32,000 nt of DNA from Candidatus Thorarchaeota archaeon (GTDB taxonomy: Archaea; Asgardarchaeota; Thorarchaeia; Thorarchaeales; Thorarchaeaceae): contig SHMX01000004.1 in assembly GCA_008080745.1 (NCBI GenBank), forward strand, positions 120,001-152,000, given 5' to 3'. The number at the start of each line of letters is the position of its first letter. The stretch's first letter is position 1. Below the pieces are notes generated by a model, which saw only the letters and a list, made by a program, of their open reading frames with translations, made no database searches and was not told the DNA's origin. Positions 1-9,027 of this stretch are shown here, in pieces. The translations under genes and the position numbers were made by a program.

Positions 1-1382
1 CCACAGGTTGTCACAAAGACATTGATACAGACCAATATGGCTGTAACTAGTGAGAACTCCATGAGAACTGACATAACAATTGTAGGCACTAAAGAAACGG
101 GTATCATCAATAGAATCGCCTCAGTTGTTCTGGCTCGGATAAATTTTCTCGACCCATACGGAGCTGCTTTCAGAATCCAGAGATGATCTTTTGATTCTAT
201 AAATCCCGTTCCACCCACAGTTACTGCAGCTATCATAGCTAACATCAAGTTAATCATCATTGTAAGAATGATTACTATAATGCTCTTGTCAGGTATTTCT
301 GAAAGAAATCCAACGTTTAAAATGAAAGGGAGTAGAACAGCAAGAAACATACCATACATCAGTCTTGATATATTCTCTGCTTTCCTTCCAAAGTCCTTTA
401 GAGCTGTTATCAACAGCACCCCACTGGGTGTTGGCCTGATTCTTCTGATAGCTCTTAGAACAATATTTTCTTTACCAGTAGTTGTTATAGATTCTGTTCT
501 TGGACCTGCTTCAAATTGAAATAGATATTCTGCACTCATGAGACCTCCTATTACTGAAACTAGGATGTATATTACAAACAGAGTTCCACTAATTACGCTT
601 TTACCTTCAATTAAGGCAGTTACAGTTGTGATTAAGGGGTTTGTGGGGTTCAAACCTGAGAAGAAAAGAGTTATTGCTGTTACGACATCAGCTCCCCAGG
701 TAGAAGGTAAAATCATAAAGACGTCCAGTCCCATGGTTGTAGCTAACTGTGGTGCAAAATACATGAGCCCATAGAGTGGTAATAGAAATAGTAGTACAAA
801 CAGCATCCCAAATGCCTTCGCAATATCTTCCCCTTTTTCAGATTCTCCAAGCTTGGCTTGAATAGCTGTACTAAGGACAATAGATATCCAGATGGTTGTT
901 ATTGCAATTATGAAGATTGTAAGATATACCAACAATATTCCAATCAATGTAACTTCATACACAATTAGGAATGGCGAGATTAGAATGGGTGCTAATAGAA
1001 ATGTAAGTAAAAAGTAACCAGGAACCTTTCCAAGAAATGTACCTACTAATATTTCTCTTGTCTGGACATTATGACTCAACATAATTTCCCATTGTCCAAT
1101 TTTAATCTCCTGTAGAGCATATATTATCGGATAGACAAGAAGCATCATCCAAAGTAACAGCATAACCGAACGCATCGCGCCCGGAAAAGCAATTGTGAGT
1201 AGTGCTTCGACTTCTCCTGCCATTAGATCTATTATTGATGCCTCGATTAATGGAACAATTAAGATAGCCCAAAAGATTGAAAATAAGTAGAGGACTATGA
1301 CTAAAGGTTTTCTCATACTTTGAAATTTTGAAGTTTGTACAAGAAATTCAGCCTTAGCAATTGCTCTCCAATTACTCGTCAA
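1..1382 (-). CDS. Large ABC-2 type exporter permease, runs off the left edge (over 460 aa; absent from the ORF track because it has no stop in the window)
   Basis: Manual translation from TTG at 1382 (GGAGGAG RBS upstream): MTSNWRAIAKAEFLVQTSKFQSMRKPLVIVLYLFSIFWAILIVP...LQEIKIGQWEIMLSHNVQTREILVGTFLGK. The first ~120 codons and the last codons at the window edge were read in frame. Many hydrophobic helices; directly downstream of an ABC ATPase. Confidence 0.8.
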   Translation of the reverse strand, partial: MTSNWRAIAKAEFLVQTSKFQSMRKPLVIVLYLFSIFWAILIVPLIEASIIDLMAGEVEALLTIAFPGAMRSVMLLLWMMLLVYPIIYALQEIKIGQWEIMLSHNVQTREILVGTFLGKVPGYFLLTFLLAPILISPFLIVYEVTLIGILLVYLTIFIIAITTIWISIVLSTAIQAKLGESEKGEDIAKAFGMLFVLLFLLPLYGLMYFAPQLATTMGLDVFMILPSTWGADVVTAITLFFSGLNPTNPLITTVTALIEGKSVISGTLFVIYILVSVIGGLMSAEYLFQFEAGPRTESITTTGKENIVLRAIRRIRPTPSGVLLITALKDFGRKAENISRLMYGMFLAVLLPFILNVGFLSEIPDKSIIVIILTMMINLMLAMIAAVTVGGTGFIESKDHLWILKAAPYGSRKFIRARTTEAILLMIPVSLVPTIVMSVLMEFSLVTAILVCINVFVTTC

Positions 1383-1386
1383 TCTA

Positions 1387-2157
1387 TTAGCTCCTCCAAC
1401 TTAGAAGTTTGGAACGGTCTACCTGCCCTCCAACAATTTTTAGATATGCATCTTCAAGATTCTTTGCATCCACATTTTCAACTATTTCTTGAGGTGTTCC
1501 GAGAGTGGTAAGTACCCCATTGGTTAGAATTCCAATTATGTCACAGATGTCTTCGGCAAAGTCTGTCATGTGTGTACATATGAAAAATGTGGTTTCGGTT
1601 TCCTTTGCCATAGCCCTGATTATTTCTTTGACCAGTGCACTTGCAGCAGGATCCAATCTTGATGTGGGCTCATCAAGAAAGACAAGTTGTGGGTCATGCA
1701 ATATAGTTGATGCTACCAATACCTTCTGTTTCATTCCAGAACTATAACTTTCCAACAGATCATTCTGCCTTCCTTCTAGACCTAACAGTGATAGAAGTCT
1801 ATCAATGCGTTTCATCAGTACTTCCCCAGACAAGTCATTAAGAGCCCCGATGAACTCCAAAAATTCTACAGCAGAGAGCTTTGAATAAACGCCTGGAGTT
1901 TCAGGTAACAATCCTGTAGACGCCTTAATTTGTTCTCTTTGAGTATATACGTCAAATCCGCATACTGATGCTTTACCTCGAGTGGGTTTCAGTAGGCCAG
2001 AGAGTATTCTTACTGTAGTTGTCTTTCCAGCGCCATTTGGTCCAAGGTATCCAAATGTGGTGCCCCGTCTAACTTTGAGTTCTAAATCTTTTACCGCAGT
2101 AACCTTTCCAAAGTCTTTAGTGAGCCACTCGGCTATGACATCGTATATTTCGGTCAA
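1387..2157 (-). CDS. ABC transporter ATP-binding protein (ABC-2/drug-exporter type)
   Basis: Walker A GPNGAGKT, signature variant YSSGMKQK, Walker B VFLDEP, H-loop CTH. Confidence 0.95.
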   Translation of the reverse strand: MTEIYDVIAEWLTKDFGKVTAVKDLELKVRRGTTFGYLGPNGAGKTTTVRILSGLLKPTRGKASVCGFDVYTQREQIKASTGLLPETPGVYSKLSAVEFLEFIGALNDLSGEVLMKRIDRLLSLLGLEGRQNDLLESYSSGMKQKVLVASTILHDPQLVFLDEPTSRLDPAASALVKEIIRAMAKETETTFFICTHMTDFAEDICDIIGILTNGVLTTLGTPQEIVENVDAKNLEDAYLKIVGGQVDRSKLLSWRS

Positions 2158-2281
2158 TATAATCCCAATTTATCACTGAAAATTAAATCTGTTAAATTTT
2201 GGCACAGAAATAATGGAATTTTTAGCATCTTTTTAGAACTTTCAACCTATTAACTACGCTCTTATCCAAAAAGATTTAAGA

Positions 2282-2363
2282 GGGTGCAAAGGCGACTGAT
2301 TCAAGTCGGACTCGCAGTGCAAAACTGCGACCACAACGGAACCCGCACTAAAAAAATTAGTGC
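2282..2363 (+). other. Candidate structured leader RNA or ncRNA (three tandem hairpins)
   Basis: CGACT-gattca-AGTCG (2293-2308), TCGCAG-tgcaaaa-CTGCGA (2312-2330), GCACTAA-aaaaa-TTAGTGC (2345-2363); possible closing pair GGGT (2282-2285)/ACCC (2341-2344). GC-rich island in an AT-rich intergenic region. Confidence 0.4.
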
Positions 2364-2393
2364 CAGTAAAACGAAGTTCTGAGGTTCACATTA

Positions 2394-3347
2394 TTGACAG
2401 AAGCGGCTGAAACTACGTCAGAAGATATTGAGTTCCTTCGAGCTCAGCTACGGGACCTAAAATCCCAAGCTCGAGAAGAATTGGAACAATTACGACGTGA
2501 TAGAGATAAAATGCGTGAATACAAGGGTATTCGCGATGAGCATAATAAAGAGGTTCGAAGTCTAATCGAATCTGTAAAAGCTGAGAGAGAAGAACGAGAT
2601 CGCATCAATGAGCAGATTGGCGAAGCAAAAAGCAAAAGGACTGCAATTCATTCTCAATTAAAGAGTGTATACGATGAGATCCGAGAATTACGAAGCAATC
2701 TTGTTGGTAGTCCATCTACTGATCAACGTAAGCTTTTACGAAGAGTCGATGAGCTAGAATGGAAGCAGCAAACCGAACAGCTAACCATTGACGAAGAAAG
2801 AGCGATTGTTGAAGAGATTGCACGAATCGAACAAAAATTAGTTCGGATTGGTCAAGAAAAAGAAAAGCAGGACCGAATTAGCGAATTACGACGGTTAGCA
2901 AGACGTCTAAAGGATGAAGCTAGTGAGGCTCATCAAAAAGTTCTTGATTTATCTGAACAATCCCAGATTCATCATCAAGAAGTTGTGAGAATCCGACCTC
3001 AGTTAGAGCAATACAAGAAATCTGCAGATACTGCACATCAGAACTTTGTTGAATGGCTTAAGAAGGTGAAGGCTGGAGAAGCTCGTCTTAAGGAGATTCG
3101 TGGTAAGATTGATGAAATCTACGGGAAGCTCAGAAAACAAGACGCTGTCGGCCGCCGTGATACAAGAGGTCGCAGAAAGAAGCAGAAGATTCAGGAACAA
3201 GAGCGTGTCGATGCTGCTGTTGAGAAACTAGAAGCTGGAAAACGGCTTACTTTTGATGAATTCATTCTTGCACAGCGTGCTGTGACCGATGACAAAAAGA
3301 AGTCTCAGAAATCAAAGTCCGATGAGGATGAAGAAGAACAAGAATAG
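2394..3347 (+). CDS. Archaeal coiled-coil protein (COG1340-like)
   Basis: All-helical and E/K/R-rich with heptad pattern; C-terminal AVEKLEAGKRLTFDEF resembles the conserved end of this family; TTG start. Confidence 0.75.
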   Translation: MTEAAETTSEDIEFLRAQLRDLKSQAREELEQLRRDRDKMREYKGIRDEHNKEVRSLIESVKAEREERDRINEQIGEAKSKRTAIHSQLKSVYDEIRELRSNLVGSPSTDQRKLLRRVDELEWKQQTEQLTIDEERAIVEEIARIEQKLVRIGQEKEKQDRISELRRLARRLKDEASEAHQKVLDLSEQSQIHHQEVVRIRPQLEQYKKSADTAHQNFVEWLKKVKAGEARLKEIRGKIDEIYGKLRKQDAVGRRDTRGRRKKQKIQEQERVDAAVEKLEAGKRLTFDEFILAQRAVTDDKKKSQKSKSDEDEEEQE

Positions 3348-3349
3348 GT

Positions 3350-3366
3350 GAGGTCAAACCGACCTC
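3350..3366. terminator. Short hairpin after the coiled-coil gene
   Basis: GAGGTC-aaacc-GACCTC immediately after the stop, followed by a pyrimidine tract. Confidence 0.3.
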
Positions 3367-3391
3367 TCCCTCTTCTTTGGGGGATAACTAA

Positions 3392-4651
3392 TTGAGTAGC
3401 GTTAGTCAGAGACCTGTTAGTAAAAGGTCTGCCTTCCGGATATTCTACATTTTGGCGATAGGTTCAGGGGTAATGAGAACCTTTTCTGTTGCCTTTGATG
3501 TGGTAGCCCTCAATACAGTATTTTCAAACCCAATCGCTTTCGGGTTTGTATCGCAATGGGTAAGTATCTTAGTAACGTTTTTTCTGGTTCTAGTTTTGAG
3601 TATTCCCCGAAAAGTGGATGAAAAAAAGCGGTCACTGGGTTTCTCGGTTGATCCGGACTTTGGCAAAATTTCACTATTACCTCGTACCCCAATGTTCTAT
3701 ATTCTGCTTGCTGGAATTTTTGCTGGAATTTCCACATACTCGTATTATCTATTGGTGGGTTCAAGTGATGCATCTACAATGCTTCCGTATGGTCAACTAG
3801 TAATTATCTATCTTCTTCTGGGAGACCTTTTTGCAGAAAAAGACACACCAACTGTAATTGAAATCCAATGCATTATTTCCATTATGCTGGGTGTCCTGTT
3901 AGTTGGTGTAACTCCTGGTGGTTTCGATATACCTACTCTACTTATCGTTCTTGTACCCATGAACTTATCCTCTGGATTGGTGACATTTTATCAGAGAAAG
4001 ACAAAACGCTATGAGATATCACCAGGACTACGTGTTGATTCGATTAATATGCGTCTTTGGACTCTATTGTTTCTGAATATCACTTACAGCATTTTCGCCA
4101 TTCCAACCATTCCCCTTGAAGCTTGGGGTCTAATGGTTGATACTTTCGGTTCCGCTTTCTGGTTCATGGTTGGATCTTCATTGACAACCTTCTTTGCTTT
4201 GGTAATGTATGTACGTGCACTCGGCCGAGGTACAATGGCGGTCGTTAATTCCCTGTCATCTGTTTCTGTTATTCTTGGTATCCCTCTCACTTTGATTGGG
4301 AACCTTTTCATACCCGGTGCGTTCGGTACTATTGATGCTGATGCATTTCTTTGGACTATCAAGATATTTGGTGTTATTCTTGTAATGATTGGTGTGATCG
4401 CGCTTGAGGCGTCTGATGTGCGAGCCATAGTACTTGTTAGAGTGAAACCACAAACTGGTGACATTCTATCAGAACTCTATGATATTAAGGGGATTCAGCG
4501 AGCAGCAGCTATAGCAGGAACTTATGATTATCTACTCACAATTAAAAGTAGAAGTCTTGCAAAGACAAGAACGGGTATCTTGAAGAAGGTACAAGCAATA
4601 CCCGAGGTTTATGATGTTGAAACATTGGTGATTATGAAAGAACACAGATAA
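3392..4651 (+). CDS. DMT/EamA-like membrane transporter with C-terminal Lrp/AsnC ligand-binding (RAM) domain
   Basis: About 10 hydrophobic helices in two repeats, then a soluble tail DVRAIVLVRVKP...AIAGTYDYLLTIK...VQAIPEVYDVETLVI matching the Lrp/AsnC C-terminal pattern. Confidence 0.75.
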   Translation: MSSVSQRPVSKRSAFRIFYILAIGSGVMRTFSVAFDVVALNTVFSNPIAFGFVSQWVSILVTFFLVLVLSIPRKVDEKKRSLGFSVDPDFGKISLLPRTPMFYILLAGIFAGISTYSYYLLVGSSDASTMLPYGQLVIIYLLLGDLFAEKDTPTVIEIQCIISIMLGVLLVGVTPGGFDIPTLLIVLVPMNLSSGLVTFYQRKTKRYEISPGLRVDSINMRLWTLLFLNITYSIFAIPTIPLEAWGLMVDTFGSAFWFMVGSSLTTFFALVMYVRALGRGTMAVVNSLSSVSVILGIPLTLIGNLFIPGAFGTIDADAFLWTIKIFGVILVMIGVIALEASDVRAIVLVRVKPQTGDILSELYDIKGIQRAAAIAGTYDYLLTIKSRSLAKTRTGILKKVQAIPEVYDVETLVIMKEHR

Positions 4652-4667
4652 ACATGGAGGAAACAAC

Positions 4668-4916
4668 ATGACGAAAAGTGTACAGGCTTACATTCTAATG
4701 GATATTGAACTGGGAAAGACAGATACTGTTGTGGATAAATTACGAACAATTGATGAGGCGATTAGAGTTTCAATAACAACGGGCATATTTGATGTGATTG
4801 TTCTAGTTGAAGTTCCCGACTTAGAAGCTCTCTATGACATTACTGTTCACAAGATTCATACAATACCTGGAATCAAACAGACTACCACTGCTGTCATTGA
4901 GAAGATGATGGAATGA
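4668..4916 (+). CDS. Stand-alone Lrp/AsnC ligand-binding domain protein (no HTH)
   Basis: VQAYILMDIELGK...ITTGIFDVIVLVE...IHTIPGIKQTTTAVI; 82 aa; GGAGG RBS. Confidence 0.9.
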   Translation: MTKSVQAYILMDIELGKTDTVVDKLRTIDEAIRVSITTGIFDVIVLVEVPDLEALYDITVHKIHTIPGIKQTTTAVIEKMME

Positions 4917-5019
4917 CCATATCCAATATCTAAGCTTATTAATACATTGCACTTCTGCGTTAGCAATCAAAATAGTAGTAAAAAATTACTATTTTTTTGA
5001 TGAATAAAACCATGGTAAG

Positions 5020-5970
5020 GTGGTTAAATTGGAAGCAGTAAAATCAACTGAATTACGTAAGACGTTTGGTGATATTATCGCCGTTGACAGTCTTAATCTT
5101 CATGTGTCCCCCGGTACTATTTTCGGCCTTCTCGGGCCAAACGGTGCAGGGAAAAGTACAACAATTCGTTTACTCTCTACTTTATTATATCCGGACTCTG
5201 GTACGGCCTCTGTGCATTATTTTGATATCCTAGAAGACCCAGTCGCTGTTAGACGAATAACTGGAGTCTTACCTGAAGAAGGTAATCATACACATTATGA
5301 TAGTCTAAGTGCTTATGAGAATTTAGAATACTTTGCAAAGCTCTACGATGTTTCAAAAGATAAAATTCATACGAGAATTGAAGAACTTCTAAATTTCATG
5401 AACCTTTGGGATAGGAAAGATGACAAGGCCGGTGAACTAAGCACCGGTAATCGTCAACGACTTGCGCTATGCCGGGCACTTTTACATGAACCAAAGGTGC
5501 TTCTCCTGGACGAGCCTACCTCTGCTCTGGACCCAATAGCTGCTAAGAGGGTCAGGGAGTTGATTCTTAATCTATCAAAGACTTATGGTCAGACGTTCTT
5601 CATTAATTCCCATAATCTTGCTGAAGTGCAGAGAATTTGTGATCAAATTGCAATTATAAATGAAGGAAAGATTTTGATTTCAGGTTCAACATCTGAACTT
5701 AGAGCAACATTGCAGACTGAGCAGGAATATCGCATTAGAATAATCGGTGATGTTGATTATGCCATATCCATTATTGAAGCTGAGGAATTTGTAGAATCTG
5801 TTGAAGCAGAAGTTGACACAATAGTTGCAATGATTAAGAATCCCATAGAGAATAATTCGATTCTGATGAAAAAGCTTCTTGATGCTGGAGTTCAAATCGT
5901 TGAATTTGCTGAAGAAGAAACTACTTTGGAGGATCTCTATCTTCAAGTTGTAACGGGAGGCGATGTATAA
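5020..5970 (+). CDS. ABC-2 type transporter ATP-binding protein with C-terminal regulatory extension
   Basis: GPNGAGKS, LSTGNRQR, LLLDEP, NSH; ends TLEDLYLQV. Confidence 0.95.
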   Translation: MVKLEAVKSTELRKTFGDIIAVDSLNLHVSPGTIFGLLGPNGAGKSTTIRLLSTLLYPDSGTASVHYFDILEDPVAVRRITGVLPEEGNHTHYDSLSAYENLEYFAKLYDVSKDKIHTRIEELLNFMNLWDRKDDKAGELSTGNRQRLALCRALLHEPKVLLLDEPTSALDPIAAKRVRELILNLSKTYGQTFFINSHNLAEVQRICDQIAIINEGKILISGSTSELRATLQTEQEYRIRIIGDVDYAISIIEAEEFVESVEAEVDTIVAMIKNPIENNSILMKKLLDAGVQIVEFAEEETTLEDLYLQVVTGGDV

Positions 5971-6716
5971 TGGTTCTCGAAAAATCTATGGTTGTCGCAA
6001 AAACCGATCTCAAGATGGCGCTTGATGTCCGTTATGTCAAATACAGTATGGTTGTAGCTGGAGGTTTTGGTCCGGTTATGGCTATACTTATGGTAGTAAG
6101 CTCATTGCTTTTGGGGATTCCTGAACTGTTGAGCATCATGGTGCTATATGCCTCCTCATTAATTGGTCTATTTGCGATTATGCCTGCTAGTCTGATTGCT
6201 GCAAATGCTCTTGTAGGCGAAAAAGAACAGAGAACTTTGGAACCTCTACTTTGTACACCCCTTTCCGATAAAGAACTGCTTATGGGTAAAGTTCTTAGTT
6301 CTTTGATTCCCAGCATGGTGATGATTATTGTAGGCACATTTGCTACCATGATTGCCGCGAATATAACATTACTTTTCTTGAATGAGCCATTTATGATCAT
6401 TCCCGATATTTCTGGTTTAGTATTAATATTTGGAGCTGGACCTCCAATGGTATTAGCTGTTATTGCGGTTATGATTCTCATTAGTGGAAAAGTAACAAGA
6501 GTCTATGAGGCATACCAAGCCAGTGGATCGGTCATTATACTTTTCTTGATTCCTATGTTTCTCCCACTCGCGAGCATGCAAAATGAAATGCTGAACCCGG
6601 AAGCAGTATGGTTTTCGGTCTTACTTACTGTGTTACTAGGGGTCTCCCTCATGGTAATCACATGGTTAATTGCATTTACTAGGTTCAACAGGAACAATAT
6701 GGTACAGCTTGTGTAG
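5970..6716 (+). CDS. ABC-2 type permease subunit
   Basis: Six hydrophobic segments; motif ALVGEKEQRTLEPLLCTPLSDKELLMGKVL; start overlaps the ATPase stop. Confidence 0.92.
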   Translation: MVLEKSMVVAKTDLKMALDVRYVKYSMVVAGGFGPVMAILMVVSSLLLGIPELLSIMVLYASSLIGLFAIMPASLIAANALVGEKEQRTLEPLLCTPLSDKELLMGKVLSSLIPSMVMIIVGTFATMIAANITLLFLNEPFMIIPDISGLVLIFGAGPPMVLAVIAVMILISGKVTRVYEAYQASGSVIILFLIPMFLPLASMQNEMLNPEAVWFSVLLTVLLGVSLMVITWLIAFTRFNRNNMVQLV

Positions 6717-6720
6717 AACT

Positions 6721-6740
6721 AAAGGGGAAATCTCCCCTTT
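6721..6740. terminator. Perfect hairpin between convergent genes (candidate bidirectional terminator)
   Basis: AAAGGGGA-aatc-TCCCCTTT followed by a T-rich tract. Confidence 0.55.
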
Positions 6741-7267
6741 TACTCTTTTATTTTCTTTAGGCCAATTGGGTATCTAATTGCAAGATTCCTATAGGTTGCC
6801 TTGAATTTTGTTAGCTCTTCCATATGTTGTTCCCTTACATCTGTGATTACTTTTGCAGGAATACCAACAGCTATCTTCCTTGCTGGAACTTCAAAATGCT
6901 GTTTAACTACTGCTCCCTCACCCACTACAGCCCACTCACCAATAAGGGCATAATCCGAAACAATTGCACCCATACCAATTACCGCATCATCATTAATGGT
7001 AGCATTATGAATAATGCATCCGTGACCCAGGGTTACATTATTTCCTATTATTGTAAGTTCGTCAGGTCTCGCATGGACTACAACATTATCTTGAACACTA
7101 GTCCCATTTCCAATTCTAACTTCACCATAATCCCCCTTAACCACAGCTCCTGGAGCAACATAACATTCTGAGCCAATAGTGACCTTCCCGATCACCGTTG
7201 CTGAATGGCTTACATAGCTATTTTTTCCTATCTTCGGTATTCTTCCTTCAAACTCGTAGATTGTCAT
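6740..7267 (-). CDS. Gamma-class carbonic anhydrase family protein (YrdA/CaiE/PaaY-like)
   Basis: Hexapeptide repeats and three Zn-ligand His (VVHA, LGHGCIIH); likely start ATG 7267 (MTIYEFEGRIP). Confidence 0.93.
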   Translation of the reverse strand: MTIYEFEGRIPKIGKNSYVSHSATVIGKVTIGSECYVAPGAVVKGDYGEVRIGNGTSVQDNVVVHARPDELTIIGNNVTLGHGCIIHNATINDDAVIGMGAIVSDYALIGEWAVVGEGAVVKQHFEVPARKIAVGIPAKVITDVREQHMEELTKFKATYRNLAIRYPIGLKKIKE

Positions 7268-7383
7268 ATTGAACACGTTTCTTTCAAGTGTAAAACTTGG
7301 TCAAGTATCTATCCCCCGAAATCTTAAAGATGGTAGATTGCATTGTCAATCATACTATAGACTGCAAATGGGACGGTGTATGT

Positions 7384-7779
7384 ATGTCCGAGAGACAAAT
7401 TGAGAATGAATATCCTCTTTTTCCTATTTTGAAGGGTGAAAGTGTAGGAGAAAGCGGCGAGTTTAGTGGAAGAGCAATTATTGTCCGTACACCCAAAGAC
7501 CTACTTAGAGAATGGGATGCAGACCATATAGTTGTTTTACATCACGATTTGGCAGAATATTTTGAAAATAACCCTGGACATCTAGATAATCTGTTTTCAT
7601 CGGTTCATGCAGTGATTGCAGAATTTGGAGAATCCATCGGTGATTTTGCGTCCTTCTCATATGTACGTGAAGTCATTGGAATTGTCAAAGTTCAGGATGC
7701 CACACACGTATTGGAGAATGATATGCATATCCGAGTGGTTGCGGAAGAAAATGTTGGCGAGATATTCTTTGTTGATTAA
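7384..7779 (+). CDS. Stand-alone PEP-utilising-enzyme mobile (swivel) domain-like protein lacking the phospho-His
   Basis: LKGESVGESGEFSGRAIIVRTPKDL...AVIAEFGESIGDFASFSYVREVIGIVKVQDATHVLENDMHIRV aligns by eye to the swivel domain consensus; likely start ATG 7384. Confidence 0.55.
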   Translation: MSERQIENEYPLFPILKGESVGESGEFSGRAIIVRTPKDLLREWDADHIVVLHHDLAEYFENNPGHLDNLFSSVHAVIAEFGESIGDFASFSYVREVIGIVKVQDATHVLENDMHIRVVAEENVGEIFFVD

Positions 7780-7973
7780 CTCGTGTAATTACTGTTTCCT
7801 ACCCCAATATTCGTCTAAATATCATTACTTTGAAGGTGCCAGTAGTATATGCAAATAGTTACTAATGCCTAAGAGCTTTGTTTCTTGAAAACACTAATTT
7901 GTAACCATTCTTTTGATTTCACTACAACAAGTCTTTATGCTGAATTTGAGATAATTTCAGGAGTGGGATTGCT

Positions 7974-8984
7974 ATGAACAAAGAAACAGAGGAACAATGC
8001 TATCCTATACTTCTGGATAAGACTGAAACTCATAGACAAATATTGAAGTACCTCTTTGTTGGTTCGATTCTATTTGTCGGTTATCTATTTGTTCTCTATC
8101 TGCTTTGCAATGATGATATTCCTATACTCCTCATTCGATTATTCTTGCAGGTAGCTGTGGGCATGGCAGCTATACGAGTAGCATTCTCATTAGGAATGAA
8201 AACTAGAGAAAGCGTGAAGGTTTTTTCTCCTAACAAAAAGGTTTCAGATTGGGAAACACATCACTTCGAAACCGGACCTGAAAGATTGAACAAAATTTTC
8301 GAACAGGCAATAGGGAAAATCGGAGATGATTTAGAAACAAACTATGATGACTGGATTGATCTTGCATGGTTTGCCGTTATGATTTGGGCTATGATTGAAA
8401 TTCTTATTTTTATCCTCTTCGATCCGATTGAAAGTGTTTGTGCATTCTCATCTATTCTTCTATCAATTCTTTGTGTAGGAGTCTTTACAAATGGATACCG
8501 TTCTGCAGATATAGGATATATCCTCGATAATCTCAACCATCTTGAATATTTACTACAAGCGAGAATGAGAATATTTTCTTCCCTGGTTACCTCCCAGAGT
8601 TTCGAAGCTATTTTTCTATTGAAAAAGAAAGGGAAGAAATGCGTGATTTATGATTTGAGGGTAGATATTCTCAGGAATAAAGAAAATAATACCGTCATTA
8701 GATATTATCTTGGTTTACCTCGCCAAGAACAAGAAAGAATTCACATTCGTTCTATCGGACCTTTATCCAAAGATGATTTAGCAAATATTGATATTTCTGA
8801 AGAGGAGAACTGGTCACTTAGAATGGACCAATCTGGAGATTATTTTGATGTATATTTTATTAATATTGATGAATCATTAGATTTGAGCAATAGCTCAACC
8901 TATGTAAAAAGCCCAGATGATATTAATCAACATAATCTTGTACTTACTAGACTGCTGGAATACATACTTGAAAAGATACAATAA
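7974..8984 (+). CDS. Hypothetical membrane protein (about 4 TM) with C-terminal soluble domain
   Basis: 336-aa ORF, GGAGTGG RBS-like motif, two pairs of hydrophobic helices. Confidence 0.75.
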   Translation: MNKETEEQCYPILLDKTETHRQILKYLFVGSILFVGYLFVLYLLCNDDIPILLIRLFLQVAVGMAAIRVAFSLGMKTRESVKVFSPNKKVSDWETHHFETGPERLNKIFEQAIGKIGDDLETNYDDWIDLAWFAVMIWAMIEILIFILFDPIESVCAFSSILLSILCVGVFTNGYRSADIGYILDNLNHLEYLLQARMRIFSSLVTSQSFEAIFLLKKKGKKCVIYDLRVDILRNKENNTVIRYYLGLPRQEQERIHIRSIGPLSKDDLANIDISEEENWSLRMDQSGDYFDVYFINIDESLDLSNSSTYVKSPDDINQHNLVLTRLLEYILEKIQ

Positions 8985-9027
8985 TTTGGATGATTGAACG
9001 ATATGCATAAGTGGTATCCTTACATGA

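Noticed and set aside
268-774. Plus-strand ORFs 268-519 and 538-774
   Set aside because: Antisense shadows of the long minus-strand permease.
2282-2363. tRNA gene
   Set aside because: No 7-bp acceptor stem and no GTTCRA T-loop on either strand; the GACTTGAATC resemblance has the wrong loop size.
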